The notes under the pieces: model-generated
Told to the model about the DNA's origin: nothing
What the model saw: only the letters and a program-made list of their open reading frames with translations
Databases searched by the model: none
Shown: piece by piece, positions 1 to 8,920 of the stretch
Position numbering within the stretch: the stretch's first letter is position 1
Layout of the letters: each line of letters opens with the position of its first letter
Position numbers and translations under genes: made by a program
Origin: an uncultured Gammaproteobacteria bacterium
GTDB lineage: Bacteria; Patescibacteriota; Microgenomatia; UBA8517
Direction: 5' to 3'
Length of the DNA: 64,000 nt
NCBI GenBank assembly: GCA_964600575.1
Contig: CAZRJH010000002.1
Span: forward strand, 53,627 to 117,626

Positions 1-1043
1 ATACCAGGAATAAAGCCTCCGCCTTTTTGCAGATCTTCGGAAATTTTATCCGGATTAAAAACGACGGCGGTATAAAAGTAAGTAAAGCCAAATACCAAGA
101 CGAAATATGTAAGATTGTAAATAACTGATGACGGATTAAACGCAGTAGAGATAGTACGGGCAATATCTGCAACCATGACATTGGGGATATTTGCTAAAGA
201 CTGACCCAAAAGCGAAGGCACCAAAACCAAGGAAACGGCAAAAATTATAGGGATTACTCCAGCCTGGTTGAGTCTTAAAGGTAAATATGAGGTGGCAGCC
301 AGACCGGAATCTGTTCTCCTTTTTGCATAATGGATTGGGATTTGTCTTGCTGCCTCGCTAATAAAGATAACAAGTCCCACAATCACCACTGAAATAGCTA
401 CAAACAAAATCAGCTTGAGAATATCCTGGGATTGCACAGTACTTGCCGATTGCCCCAATATTACTGGCAGTCTTGCAACAATCCCTGTAAAAATAAGAAG
501 CGATACTCCGTTTTTGAATCCGTATTCACTAATTAACTCACCCAGCCATACCGAAAAAACCGTTCCCGCCGTCATGGTAATTACGAGTGAAAGGAGTGCC
601 AAAGGGTCGAGATTTGGTATTACATTTTGACCCTTAAGTAGTGCATACATACCAAAAGCTTGGAGTGCAGCCAAAGGTACAGTTAGAAGTCTTGTGTATT
701 GATTTATTTTTTCCTGGCCGTATTCGCCCTCCTTTTGTAAAGCTTCCAAGGAGGGAATAACATAACCCAAAAGTTGCAAGATAATAGACGCGTTGATATA
801 CGGGTTTAAGCCCAAAGCCAGAACCGAAAAGTTTGCAAGCGTTCCCCCGGAAAAGACATCTAAAAGAGAAAGGAGTGGACTACCCAAAAATAATGCGGTT
901 AAAGTTGACCTGTCGATTCCAGCCGCTGGAATATGTCCTGCTAAACGAAAAACTATCAGAATAATAGCCGTTACTATCAGCTTTTTTCTGATTGCCGGAG
1001 TTGTTACCGCTTTTTTGAAAAAATTAAGAACCGACTGAAACAT
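1..1043 (-). CDS. secY: Preprotein translocase SecY (3' end beyond window start)
   Basis: Reverse-complement from ATG at 1041-1043 reads [44 protein letters not shown]...[17 protein letters not shown]..., matching classic SecY motifs. The ORF track did not list it because it has no stop inside the window. Confidence 0.8.
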   Translation of the reverse strand, partial: MFQSVLNFFKKAVTTPAIRKKLIVTAIILIVFRLAGHIPAAGIDRSTLTALFLGSPLLSLLDVFSGGTLANFSVLALGLNPYINASIILQLLGYVIPSLEALQKEGEYGQEKINQYTRLLTVPLAALQAFGMYALLKGQNVIPNLDPLALLSLVITMTAGTVFSVWLGELISEYGFKNGVSLLIFTGIVARLPVILGQSASTVQSQDILKLILFVAISVVIVGLVIFISEAARQIPIHYAKRRTDSGLAATSYLPLRLNQAGVIPIIFAVSLVLVPSLLGQSLANIPNVMVADIARTISTAFNPSSVIYNLTYFVLVFGFTYFYTAVVFNPDKISEDLQKGGGFIPG

Positions 1044-1094
1044 ATTGAAGTTGAATTATAGCTTAATCATTTTATCAATTCCAGACCTCAAGTG

Positions 1095-1595
1095 CTAATT
1101 TGTTTTTTCCATTACATATTCTATTGCATCTTTTCCGTTACCCATTTTGAAATTTTGTTGACCTTTTACCACAAATCCGAATTTTTTATAAAGATTAACT
1201 GCTGCAATCTGATCTTTGTTAACTGTTAAAGCAACTTTCTTTAAATATTGTTTAGAAGAAAGTTCATCGAGAAGTTTTTGCATTAAAAGTTTAGATATAC
1301 CCCTACCGCGCTCTTCCAAGGGCACATAAACAGAAATAACTGTAGCGGTATCTTTAGACTCTTTTTCCATATAGGCTCCAATCATACCTTTAAGGGTCTT
1401 ATTTTCTTCGGCAAAATAAAGCCAATTTCTATCCGAATTTTCGGCATTTATTAACCTCCTCCTCCATTCTTCTTCGGTATATTTTGCATTATCATCATAC
1501 GAAGCGCCAAAAGCCTGAGGATCTTCTTTTAAAGCTCTGAGTCGTACCTCTTTATACTGCTGCCACCTACTTACAGGAAGTTTTATTATTTCCAT
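1095..1595 (-). CDS. GNAT family N-acetyltransferase
   Basis: 166 aa with a GNAT-like core (…RGRGISKLLMQKLLDEL…VALTVNKDQIAAVNLYKKFGF). Overlaps the upstream ORF by 10 nt, so it is operonic. Confidence 0.55.
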   Translation of the reverse strand: MEIIKLPVSRWQQYKEVRLRALKEDPQAFGASYDDNAKYTEEEWRRRLINAENSDRNWLYFAEENKTLKGMIGAYMEKESKDTATVISVYVPLEERGRGISKLLMQKLLDELSSKQYLKKVALTVNKDQIAAVNLYKKFGFVVKGQQNFKMGNGKDAIEYVMEKTN

Positions 1596-2167
1596 TTCTT
1601 TCCAATCTTTGACTGGGTCAATAGATAAATAGTTGTGTTAAATATTGTCACATAAATCATAAAGCCCGAATTTAGAAAAGTAACTTGCTTAAGCGTTGTT
1701 AAAACTAAAATTTCTCCTATTACGGGCATTAGCCATGGCCAAGCTAGCTCGGTCTCGGGGTGCTTGTATGTTTTAACAAGGGTGGGAATTCCTGCTAAAA
1801 AGTCAGATATGATACTTAGCAATATAGCCAAGTAACCTTCTTTTGTAACCTGCCACAATACAAATCCGCTCAAGGAAAGCGCTCCACAAAGAAAATCGAA
1901 ACCTGTAAGTTTCCAAACCGATTTTTTATTTACAAAAGTTGCCAGGAAAATTAAAAGTGGAAAAAAACCGACACTAAAAGTCATGAGGCTTTCCATTCCG
2001 CCGCCATTTTTGATATTTGCATAAGCAGAAATTAATGGAGGAAGGGCCCACAATATAAAAGAAACTCTATTGGGTTTTATTTTGCCCTTTACAACTTCGA
2101 CTAGATAAACAAACGAACCGACTGCACCAATTAATGTTGCCAGTATAACAATTTTTGAAGCATCCAT
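1586..2167 (-). CDS. Hypothetical polytopic membrane protein
   Basis: 193 aa with several hydrophobic helices and no recognisable motif. Confidence 0.4.
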   Translation of the reverse strand: MDASKIVILATLIGAVGSFVYLVEVVKGKIKPNRVSFILWALPPLISAYANIKNGGGMESLMTFSVGFFPLLIFLATFVNKKSVWKLTGFDFLCGALSLSGFVLWQVTKEGYLAILLSIISDFLAGIPTLVKTYKHPETELAWPWLMPVIGEILVLTTLKQVTFLNSGFMIYVTIFNTTIYLLTQSKIGKKWK

Positions 2168-2183
2168 TTGTTAAAATTATAAC

Positions 2184-3167
2184 TTAGAAGTTAGCAAGTT
2201 CTTCTTCCAATTTTCGTTTAGAATATTTTAATCCTGATATATTTCTTTCCGATCCGTAGTAATCGATTAAATCTATTGAAAGATTGAGTCTGAGTAGGCT
2301 CATCTTTTTGTTAAAATCTCCCGATAATACGGCCTTATTTTGATATCCTTCTAGGAACCATTCCAAAGGAAAAGCTCCTGAATAAAAAAAGTCTAGCCAG
2401 GCAATATCTCTTACAGGGTCTCCTCCTTTGGCGTCTTCGAAATCAATTATCCCCGTTATTACCTTGCCGTCGGTTAAAATATGCTTGGGGCTAAAATCTC
2501 CATGGAGAGTAAAAGGGGTATCAATCTCCATCACACCTCTATTTTTTCTTTGTATATCGAAAGCTTTTTCTAAGACTTCGGGCAAAAGCCCGACAGTTGA
2601 GGCGAAATCAAAAATTCGCGGTTTGTTTTCTTCGAAACGAAATAAAAAATCCGTCCATTTGGAGTAGAAGGCGCTCCTATCCAACGGTCCAAATCTATCT
2701 GTCTCTATGGCGTGAATTTTAGAAAGAATGGCTCCTGAATCGTAAACTATTTTTTTAAGATCTTCCTGAGGTATTGTCTTTAAAATGTCTTTAAGGGGAC
2801 TCCCTTCTATTTTTTCTTCTATACAAAAAGTTAGATCTTCGGTTTCGGTTGAGGCAGATTCTATCAATAAAACTTTAGGGGCAGGCACACCCGCCTGAAG
2901 CGCTAGTCTAATAACCGTTTCTTCCGTTTCAAAATTTTGCGGCCCAAGACGAGAGATTCTAACAATAATATTCTGGGAAGGTGTTTTTGCTTCATATACC
3001 TCGTTTACTTCACCCTGAACTATTTTGCGTAGAGATGAGGCTTCGCTCCCTACCGCTTTAAGAACCATCGAATTAACTAGACTTTCCGGGGTTGTAAAAC
3101 CTTTATGTTTTTCTTCCAAATATTTTTTATATGGGTCTTCCTGATGTGCCACAAACCAGTATAGCAA
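2184..3167 (-). CDS. APH-family phosphotransferase/kinase (aminoglycoside/choline/homoserine-kinase-like fold)
   Basis: 327 aa carrying the Brenner catalytic motif LHGDFSPKHIL and IDFEDAKGGDP (DFG-like), which is the APH/ChoK fold signature. Confidence 0.6.
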   Translation of the reverse strand: MLYWFVAHQEDPYKKYLEEKHKGFTTPESLVNSMVLKAVGSEASSLRKIVQGEVNEVYEAKTPSQNIIVRISRLGPQNFETEETVIRLALQAGVPAPKVLLIESASTETEDLTFCIEEKIEGSPLKDILKTIPQEDLKKIVYDSGAILSKIHAIETDRFGPLDRSAFYSKWTDFLFRFEENKPRIFDFASTVGLLPEVLEKAFDIQRKNRGVMEIDTPFTLHGDFSPKHILTDGKVITGIIDFEDAKGGDPVRDIAWLDFFYSGAFPLEWFLEGYQNKAVLSGDFNKKMSLLRLNLSIDLIDYYGSERNISGLKYSKRKLEEELANF

Positions 3168-3173
3168 TACTTT

Positions 3174-3773
3174 CTATAGTATATTGAGTTCTCGAAGTTG
3201 GTCTCTGAGATTTGAGATTTCGTCACATTTAATTACCGAAAAACCGATACCTTTTGCAGCATCTATATTTGCTTGAGCGTCATCGATAAAAACAACCTCT
3301 TCTGGTTTTACGCCAAGTTTGTCAGAAAAATCCAGAAATGCCTCTTTTGTTGGTTTGGCAAAACCTGTTTCGGCAGATACCAAAATTAGATCTGCAATAT
3401 TTTTGAGATTTCCTTTCTCTCTTATAATTTTTGCTCCTTCTTTTGTGTCGTTGGATAGCACCCCAACTTTGTAACCTTTTGATTTAATCTCCCTGAGTAA
3501 ATCAATCATACCTGTATTAAGTTCTCGGGGAGCATCCACCACACCCATTAGCTGCTCATAGAATTCTGTCTTTTTTAAATCTTTTAGGATAGTTTTCCAA
3601 AAAATCTCTTTGGGCATTTTTCCCGAGTTAAATAACAGGTTGTATTTAAGATAGACCTGTCTAAAATCTGGGTAGGATACACCCAAAACACTGGAGACTT
3701 TTTCGTGAAACTTTTTTGCGGAATCGCCTGATATAACACCCGTATAATCAAAACCGACTGCTTTATATTTCAT
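3174..3773 (-). CDS. HAD-superfamily hydrolase
   Basis: 199 aa with motif I FDYTGV (DxT), motif III K and motif IV VVFIDD, typical of the HAD phosphatase family. Confidence 0.6.
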   Translation of the reverse strand: MKYKAVGFDYTGVISGDSAKKFHEKVSSVLGVSYPDFRQVYLKYNLLFNSGKMPKEIFWKTILKDLKKTEFYEQLMGVVDAPRELNTGMIDLLREIKSKGYKVGVLSNDTKEGAKIIREKGNLKNIADLILVSAETGFAKPTKEAFLDFSDKLGVKPEEVVFIDDAQANIDAAKGIGFSVIKCDEISNLRDQLRELNIL

Positions 3774-3788
3774 AATTGAAGTGTAACA

Positions 3789-4217
3789 CTATATGTTTTG
3801 AAATCTCCCATCTTCATACGGCGGGTAGCAGACTTCAAAAACTGTAAGCGTGGAATCTTCCGAAGCCTTCCATTGCATAGCATCTCCTACTTCTACAACA
3901 ACAGATAAATATTCCGTCGGTTTGTCTTCCACCAAAAACCTTTCTTCTGAACCGTTTTGCCTTAATATCGTTAAAACTCCCGAACCAGAAACATAACCTT
4001 CTATTGTTTTTTCGCCACTCAAGACTCTTTGTAAAGGAGTTTTGCAATCCGGTTCGATTTTTATAATTGCCAAATCCTTCTTTTTATCTGCCCAAAAACT
4101 ATAAACATCACAAGTTACACCTTCGGTAACATTATCAGTTTTTACATAATCCACAGGCAAAATCATTCCTTCAAATTCAAATTTTGTTAAAAAATCGTTT
4201 GGTTTTAGAGTTTCCAT
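3789..4217 (-). CDS. Hypothetical protein, possibly cupin-like beta-barrel
   Basis: 142 aa with beta-rich periodicity (EGYVSGSGVLTI…VVVEVGDAMQWKA) reminiscent of a cupin fold, but no His-motif. The call is tentative. Confidence 0.25.
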   Translation of the reverse strand: METLKPNDFLTKFEFEGMILPVDYVKTDNVTEGVTCDVYSFWADKKKDLAIIKIEPDCKTPLQRVLSGEKTIEGYVSGSGVLTILRQNGSEERFLVEDKPTEYLSVVVEVGDAMQWKASEDSTLTVFEVCYPPYEDGRFQNI

Positions 4218-4218
4218 A

Positions 4219-4695
4219 TTAATGTTTTACATTATCTACCAAAAAACTTCGCAAATGGGTGATTGCACGATCCTTATCTATATTACTTATTCCGTAGGTT
4301 TTTCCGTCCCAATTTATACCAGCCATTGTAGAAAGCGTAGAAACCGATACATCTTCGTTTCCTTGAAAAAATATCGGAACAACACGCTTCTTCTTTTCTA
4401 CTTTTAAAGTTATTGCTTTATAAAGTGCATCTTTCACCGGGCCATCTTCTTTCATTGCAACAGAGGGAATTATTAAAACTGCAGGACAGTTGTCCATTGT
4501 TCTATCAACATCCTCTTCCAAGACACTGCCTTTAATGGAGTCGTTTATATCGATTACAACAAAGCCTTCTTTGGAAAGATCGTCTTTTACACTGGAAGCT
4601 ATCTCCTGCGAGTCTTTAGGGGAGTAAACAAGAAGAAATGCACTTCGCTCTATTTTTTCTTTTTCTTTGCCAACCAGTGTTGGGCTTTCGGTCAT
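4219..4695 (-). CDS. Hypothetical flavodoxin-fold protein, TIR-like/DUF1863-like or nucleoside 2-deoxyribosyltransferase-like
   Basis: 158 aa. The pattern SAFLLVYSPKD…EGFVV(I)D…CPAVLIIPS…KRVVPIFF resembles the TIR beta-alpha layout. The start lies 5 nt after the rplO stop and the stop lies 1 nt before the next ORF. Confidence 0.3.
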   Translation of the reverse strand: MTESPTLVGKEKEKIERSAFLLVYSPKDSQEIASSVKDDLSKEGFVVIDINDSIKGSVLEEDVDRTMDNCPAVLIIPSVAMKEDGPVKDALYKAITLKVEKKKRVVPIFFQGNEDVSVSTLSTMAGINWDGKTYGISNIDKDRAITHLRSFLVDNVKH

Positions 4696-4700
4696 AATGA

Positions 4701-5108
4701 TTATTTAACAACCGATTTGGATGTGGGGACTTTGAATGTAAATTTTTTGGAAGAACTGCCGCCTCCTAAAACTTTTACTCCAAATTTCTTTGCCAAAGTT
4801 GAATCTACTATTTTTTCTTTGATCAAAAGATCTAAAGTGACCTCTGATCCTGTAGGGAGGATGTCTAGATCGGTGAGCGTTAAAAGGACAGGCTTGCCGC
4901 TGCCTTTAAACTTTCCTTTTCCTCTTTGTAGAGGAAGCCGCTTAAGTAAAGATTTTTTAACTTTCATTCCCTCGAAAAGAACACCTATTCCTCCGCGAGA
5001 TTTTTGTCCTTTTTGGCCACGGCTTGATGTGTGACCACCCTTACCTGTTCCAAGGCCTCTTCCGAGTCTTTTTTTTGATTTGGTTACAACTTTTGGTAAT
5101 TTATTCAT
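4701..5108 (-). CDS. rplO: 50S ribosomal protein L15
   Basis: 135 aa, Gly/Lys-rich N-terminus (RLGRGLGTGKGGHTSSRGQKGQKSRGG) typical of L15. Confidence 0.9.
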   Translation of the reverse strand: MNKLPKVVTKSKKRLGRGLGTGKGGHTSSRGQKGQKSRGGIGVLFEGMKVKKSLLKRLPLQRGKGKFKGSGKPVLLTLTDLDILPTGSEVTLDLLIKEKIVDSTLAKKFGVKVLGGGSSSKKFTFKVPTSKSVVK

Positions 5109-5110
5109 GG

Positions 5111-5617
5111 TTATTTAGTTTCTGCCTTTGGTTCTTTTTTCTTCATCTCTACAAGATGTGAGACTTGTTCCAAAGCTTTAAGAGTTGCGTAAACGTTAGA
5201 AATTTTATTTTTGGTTCCCAAAATTTTCCCTACAGCATCTCTTATACCCGCCGCTTCCAAAACAACTCTCATTGGTCCGCCTGCGATAATACCCGATCCC
5301 GGAGGAGCCGGTTTCAAAAGAATTTTTGCTGCTGAATATTTTTCGCTAACCGAATAAGGGATGGTTGTTCCGGTTAAAGGAACATCTATTAGTTTTCTTT
5401 TTGCGGCTTCAATCGACTTTCTAATAGCGTTTCTTACATCGTGAGCTTTAGCCATACCAACCCCTACTCTTCCTTTCCTGTTACCCACAACTATTAATGC
5501 CGAAAACCTCATTGTGTTTCCACCTTTGGTTTTTTTGGAGATCCTATTAATTTGAACAACTGTCTCCTCGTATTCTTTTGGTGCTTGGTTTGCGTAGCTT
5601 TTATTAAAATTTGCCAT
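5111..5617 (-). CDS. rpsE: 30S ribosomal protein S5
   Basis: 168 aa matching S5 (…GGRVMRFSALIVVGNRKGRVGVGMAKA…). It is directly followed by rplO with no L30 gene between. Confidence 0.9.
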   Translation of the reverse strand: MANFNKSYANQAPKEYEETVVQINRISKKTKGGNTMRFSALIVVGNRKGRVGVGMAKAHDVRNAIRKSIEAAKRKLIDVPLTGTTIPYSVSEKYSAAKILLKPAPPGSGIIAGGPMRVVLEAAGIRDAVGKILGTKNKISNVYATLKALEQVSHLVEMKKKEPKAETK

Positions 5618-5621
5618 GTTT

Positions 5622-5981
5622 TTAGAAATCTAATCCCCCTTTTCTGGCACCGTCTGCCAGAGCCTTTATTCTTCCGTGATAAATAAATCCGTTCCTATCA
5701 AAAATTACTTTTTTAACCTTTTTGGCAACCCCCAGCTTTGCCAACTCTTCTCCAACAGATTCTGCAACCTGAGATTTGGTCATTTTATCCGATTTTTTGA
5801 GTTTTAGATCGGAAAAAGATGCCAAAGTAACTGCTTTAATATCATCAATAAGTTGTCCGTAGATGTGTGAATTAGACCTGAACACAGAAAGACGGGGTCT
5901 GTCCGATGTGCCTATAATTTTAGACCTCACACTCGTCTTTCTTCTTTCGTATCTTTTGGATTTAAGTTGAATTATTTTCAT
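5622..5981 (-). CDS. rplR: 50S ribosomal protein L18
   Basis: 119 aa, L18 family (…RPRLSVFRSNSHIYGQLIDD…). Confidence 0.9.
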   Translation of the reverse strand: MKIIQLKSKRYERRKTSVRSKIIGTSDRPRLSVFRSNSHIYGQLIDDIKAVTLASFSDLKLKKSDKMTKSQVAESVGEELAKLGVAKKVKKVIFDRNGFIYHGRIKALADGARKGGLDF

Positions 5982-5996
5982 AGTTTTATTAGCTCT

Positions 5997-6545
5997 TTAT
6001 GCTCCAGTTGTCTTGGCTGCAGCCTTACCAGGCTTTCTTCTTATAACTTCGTCTACATATTTAATTCCTTTTCCTTTATATGGTTCTGGTGGTCTTACAC
6101 CTCTGATGTTGGCTGCAATTTGACCTACTACAACTCTGTCGCAACCTTCTACGGTTACTACCAGCTTTTCTACTTTAAAAGTTATTCCTTCCGGTGCTTC
6201 TATTTTAACCGGGTGTGAATATCCTACAGTTAAGGTTAAGGTTTTACCCGAAACTTCGGCACGGAATCCGGTTCCAACAAGCTCCAGCTGTCTACTCCAA
6301 CCTGTGCTAACTCCTTTAACGCTATTGTTAACTAAAGATCTAATTGTTCCGTGAAGACTGGAATAAAATTTTCCTGTTCCCTTTACATTAACAAGCGCTT
6401 CTCCCTCTTTGACTTCGACACTAACTCCTGCAGGGAGAGCCACGTTCAAAGTTCCCTTTGGTCCAGTTATCTTAACATTAGAAACACTAGGTTCTACTGT
6501 TACACCTTGGGCTATTTTAACCGGTTGTCTTCCAATTTTTGACAT
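5997..6545 (-). CDS. rplF: 50S ribosomal protein L6
   Basis: 182 aa, L6 family (MSKIGRQPVKIAQGVTVE…). Confidence 0.9.
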   Translation of the reverse strand: MSKIGRQPVKIAQGVTVEPSVSNVKITGPKGTLNVALPAGVSVEVKEGEALVNVKGTGKFYSSLHGTIRSLVNNSVKGVSTGWSRQLELVGTGFRAEVSGKTLTLTVGYSHPVKIEAPEGITFKVEKLVVTVEGCDRVVVGQIAANIRGVRPPEPYKGKGIKYVDEVIRRKPGKAAAKTTGA

Positions 6546-6547
6546 AT

Positions 6548-6955
6548 TTACCAGATTTCGGCTATAACTTCTCCGCCAACTCTCTTTTTAACTGCTTCTT
6601 TGGAGGATACAACTCCCAAAGGTGTAGAGATTATAAGTAGTGATGGTCCTTTTTTTGCCGCTATTTCGTCAATGTTCTTATAGACCCTAAGACCCGGCTT
6701 GGAAACTAGTTTTAAATCCATAACAATCGGTCTTTTGTTTTTGTAGGCCAAAGACAAACTAAGATTTAAGCCGTCTTTTTTGACCTCGTCTAGATAACCA
6801 AGTTTCTTGAGAGTTTCGGCTATGGCCATGTTGTGCTTTGTATATCTAGTAACCAAAGACTTATTCTTAGCCATAGAGCAGTTTTTGATTTTGATTAGGA
6901 AGTCGCCTACTCCGTAGTTAACTGTTCCATGTTTGATTATTTCTTGTTTTTTCAT
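6548..6955 (-). CDS. rpsH: 30S ribosomal protein S8
   Basis: The S8 signature DFLIKIKNCSMAKNK aligns to DMLTRIRNA. The track ORF extends to 6997 but the internal Met at 6955 removes the overlap with rpsN. Confidence 0.85.
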   Translation of the reverse strand: MKKQEIIKHGTVNYGVGDFLIKIKNCSMAKNKSLVTRYTKHNMAIAETLKKLGYLDEVKKDGLNLSLSLAYKNKRPIVMDLKLVSKPGLRVYKNIDEIAAKKGPSLLIISTPLGVVSSKEAVKKRVGGEVIAEIW

Positions 6956-6962
6956 ATAAGTA

Positions 6963-7148
6963 TTACCAGCTTGCCTTTCTGACACCAGGAATTTCACCTT
7001 TTAGTGCATGTTCTCTAAAACAGAGTCTGCAGATTCCATATCTTCGCAAGTATCCTCTGCTTCTGCCGCAAATTCGGCACCTGTTGCGGTACCTAATCGC
7101 GTATTTAAGTTTTTTTGTTTCTCTTACTTCCTTTGCTGTTGTTGCCAT
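6963..7148 (-). CDS. rpsN: 30S ribosomal protein S14 type Z (zinc-binding)
   Basis: 61 aa with [20 protein letters not shown], the Cys4 form of S14. Confidence 0.85.
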   Translation of the reverse strand: MATTAKEVRETKKLKYAIRYRNRCRICGRSRGYLRRYGICRLCFREHALKGEIPGVRKASW

Positions 7149-7166
7149 AATATTATTTTTCTAGTT

Positions 7167-7748
7167 TTAGCCTTGCGGTTTTGCAAAAGGCATTCCCATC
7201 AATTCTAAAAGTCTTCTGGATTTTACCACGTTTATGCCCGATTTATCGGCGTGATCTGCCCCGGATACAACAACCGTTACCTCCATACCGTGCGGTTGTG
7301 CACTTTTGGTTGGATCTATTTCGGGAAAAACGGTATGCTCTTGAAATCCTAGTGTGTAATTTCCGGCTTGATCAAAGGATTTATCCGAAACTCCTCTAAA
7401 GTCTCTAAGACGGGGTAGAGTTATTGAGACCAGCCTATCATAAAAAGAGTACATAGAAGCACCTCTGAGGGTTACTGAGAGGCCTACAGGCTGCCCTTCG
7501 CGTAGGGAGAAGCTTGCAATAGACACTTTTGAGTTTCTAACAGATGCGGCTTGCCCTGTCATTGAGGCTAAATCCTTTTTGAGAGCATCCATCTGAGCCT
7601 GATTCTTTGAAAGTTTTCCGACACCCATATTCACAACAATTTTGGCTATTTTAGGCACTGCCAAATCGTGTTTGATTCCAAACTCCTTTTTGAGCGCGTC
7701 TTTGACCTCTTTTTCGTATTTAACTTGTAATCTTTGTTTGTTTTCCAT
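7167..7748 (-). CDS. rplE: 50S ribosomal protein L5
   Basis: L5 family. The likely start is MENKQRLQVKYEKEV at 7748, since the track start at 7793 would overlap rplX. Confidence 0.9.
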   Translation of the reverse strand: MENKQRLQVKYEKEVKDALKKEFGIKHDLAVPKIAKIVVNMGVGKLSKNQAQMDALKKDLASMTGQAASVRNSKVSIASFSLREGQPVGLSVTLRGASMYSFYDRLVSITLPRLRDFRGVSDKSFDQAGNYTLGFQEHTVFPEIDPTKSAQPHGMEVTVVVSGADHADKSGINVVKSRRLLELMGMPFAKPQG

Positions 7749-7756
7749 TTTTAGAA

Positions 7757-8071
7757 TTATTTGTTGTCTATTTCTTTTCCGCATTTTCGGCAAACTCTCA
7801 CTTTATCTTTACCTGCAAATTTAAAACCAACTCTGGTAATCTTTTTGCATTTTGGACAAACCAAGGCTATTTTACCAAAGCCTAAAGCTCTCGGAATTTC
7901 GTAAATTCCGCCTTTTACATCTCCAAAACCTTTAACGTGTTTTTTGTACAAGTTGACTCCAGGCACGACGGCTTTGGATTCTTCGGGATAGATTTTTTCG
8001 ATCTTTCCCTCGCGGCCTTTGTCTTTACCTGCTGTTATTTTGACTGTGTCTCCTAGTTTTAATTTGAGCAT
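7757..8071 (-). CDS. rplX: 50S ribosomal protein L24
   Basis: 104 aa with a KOW motif (KLGDTVKITAGKDKGREGKI). Confidence 0.9.
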   Translation of the reverse strand: MLKLKLGDTVKITAGKDKGREGKIEKIYPEESKAVVPGVNLYKKHVKGFGDVKGGIYEIPRALGFGKIALVCPKCKKITRVGFKFAGKDKVRVCRKCGKEIDNK

Positions 8072-8077
8072 ATTTTT

Positions 8078-8443
8078 TTAGATAACCTCTCTGGCTAAAG
8101 ATGCGATCTTATTGTAACCTGCGTCTTTAACTTCACGGGCAACGGGACCTAAAATTCTAGTACCTCTTGGGAGTCCTTGTTTATCGATTACTACTCCCGC
8201 GTTATCGTCGAATCTTACATAACTACCGTCTTTTCTTCCTACTTCTTTTCTGGTTCTGACTATTAGAACCTTAACTTTCTCATGATCTTGGACCACTCCC
8301 GTAGGATCTGCGCCCTTGACTACACAAAGCACAACATCTCCCAGGGTGGCAACTTTACCAACTCTGCCCGGGACACCAATAATTTGGAGTCTTTTTGCTC
8401 CGCTGTTATCTGCAGGGTTAAGCATGGTTCTAAGCTGTACCAT
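8078..8443 (-). CDS. rplN: 50S ribosomal protein L14
   Basis: 121 aa, L14 (MVQLRTMLNPADNSGAKRLQIIGV…). Confidence 0.9.
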   Translation of the reverse strand: MVQLRTMLNPADNSGAKRLQIIGVPGRVGKVATLGDVVLCVVKGADPTGVVQDHEKVKVLIVRTRKEVGRKDGSYVRFDDNAGVVIDKQGLPRGTRILGPVAREVKDAGYNKIASLAREVI

Positions 8444-8689
8444 TTACTTTTTTCCCCCTTTCTCTTTAACCACTTCTAACACTTTCCATTTTTTGGATTT
8501 TGAGTAGGGCTTACTTGCCGTAAATTTAACCATGTCTCCTACTTGGACATTAAGTTCATCGTGCACTTGATATTTTGTGTCACGCCTAAATCTTTTTTGG
8601 TATAAAGGATGAACTATTACTCTTTCTACAGCTATTGTTGCCGTGTTTGTCATTTTTTTGCCGATTACTTTTCCTTTAAAAATTTTCAT
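8444..8689 (-). CDS. rpsQ: 30S ribosomal protein S17
   Basis: 81 aa, S17 OB-fold (…GKVIGKKMTNTATIAVERVIVHPLYQK…). Confidence 0.85.
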   Translation of the reverse strand: MKIFKGKVIGKKMTNTATIAVERVIVHPLYQKRFRRDTKYQVHDELNVQVGDMVKFTASKPYSKSKKWKVLEVVKEKGGKK

Positions 8690-8691
8690 AA

Positions 8692-8919
8692 TTATTTGGT
8701 TCCAACCTCCTTCAAAGCTTCCACTATCTCTTTTTGTTTAACCAATGTCAAAATTTGTGCAATATCACGTCGTAGATTTGCGACTACTTTAAGATTCTTT
8801 TCTTTTCCTCCTGCAATTTCCATCTGTTTTTTAGCAGCTTCGTTAGTTTTGGCGGAAACCATCTTAAGCAAATCTTTAACTGATTTTGATTTTAAATCTG
8901 TGTAATCTTTCTTTTTCAT
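8692..8919 (-). CDS. rpmC: 50S ribosomal protein L29
   Basis: 75 aa helical Lys-rich protein, sitting in the canonical rplP-rpmC-rpsQ order. Confidence 0.8.
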   Translation of the reverse strand: MKKKDYTDLKSKSVKDLLKMVSAKTNEAAKKQMEIAGGKEKNLKVVANLRRDIAQILTLVKQKEIVEALKEVGTK

Positions 8920-8920
8920 A

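Noticed and set aside
4222-4407. Short plus-strand ORFs antisense to the TIR-like and rplO genes
   Set aside because: They are antisense to better-supported minus-strand genes and have low-complexity translations.
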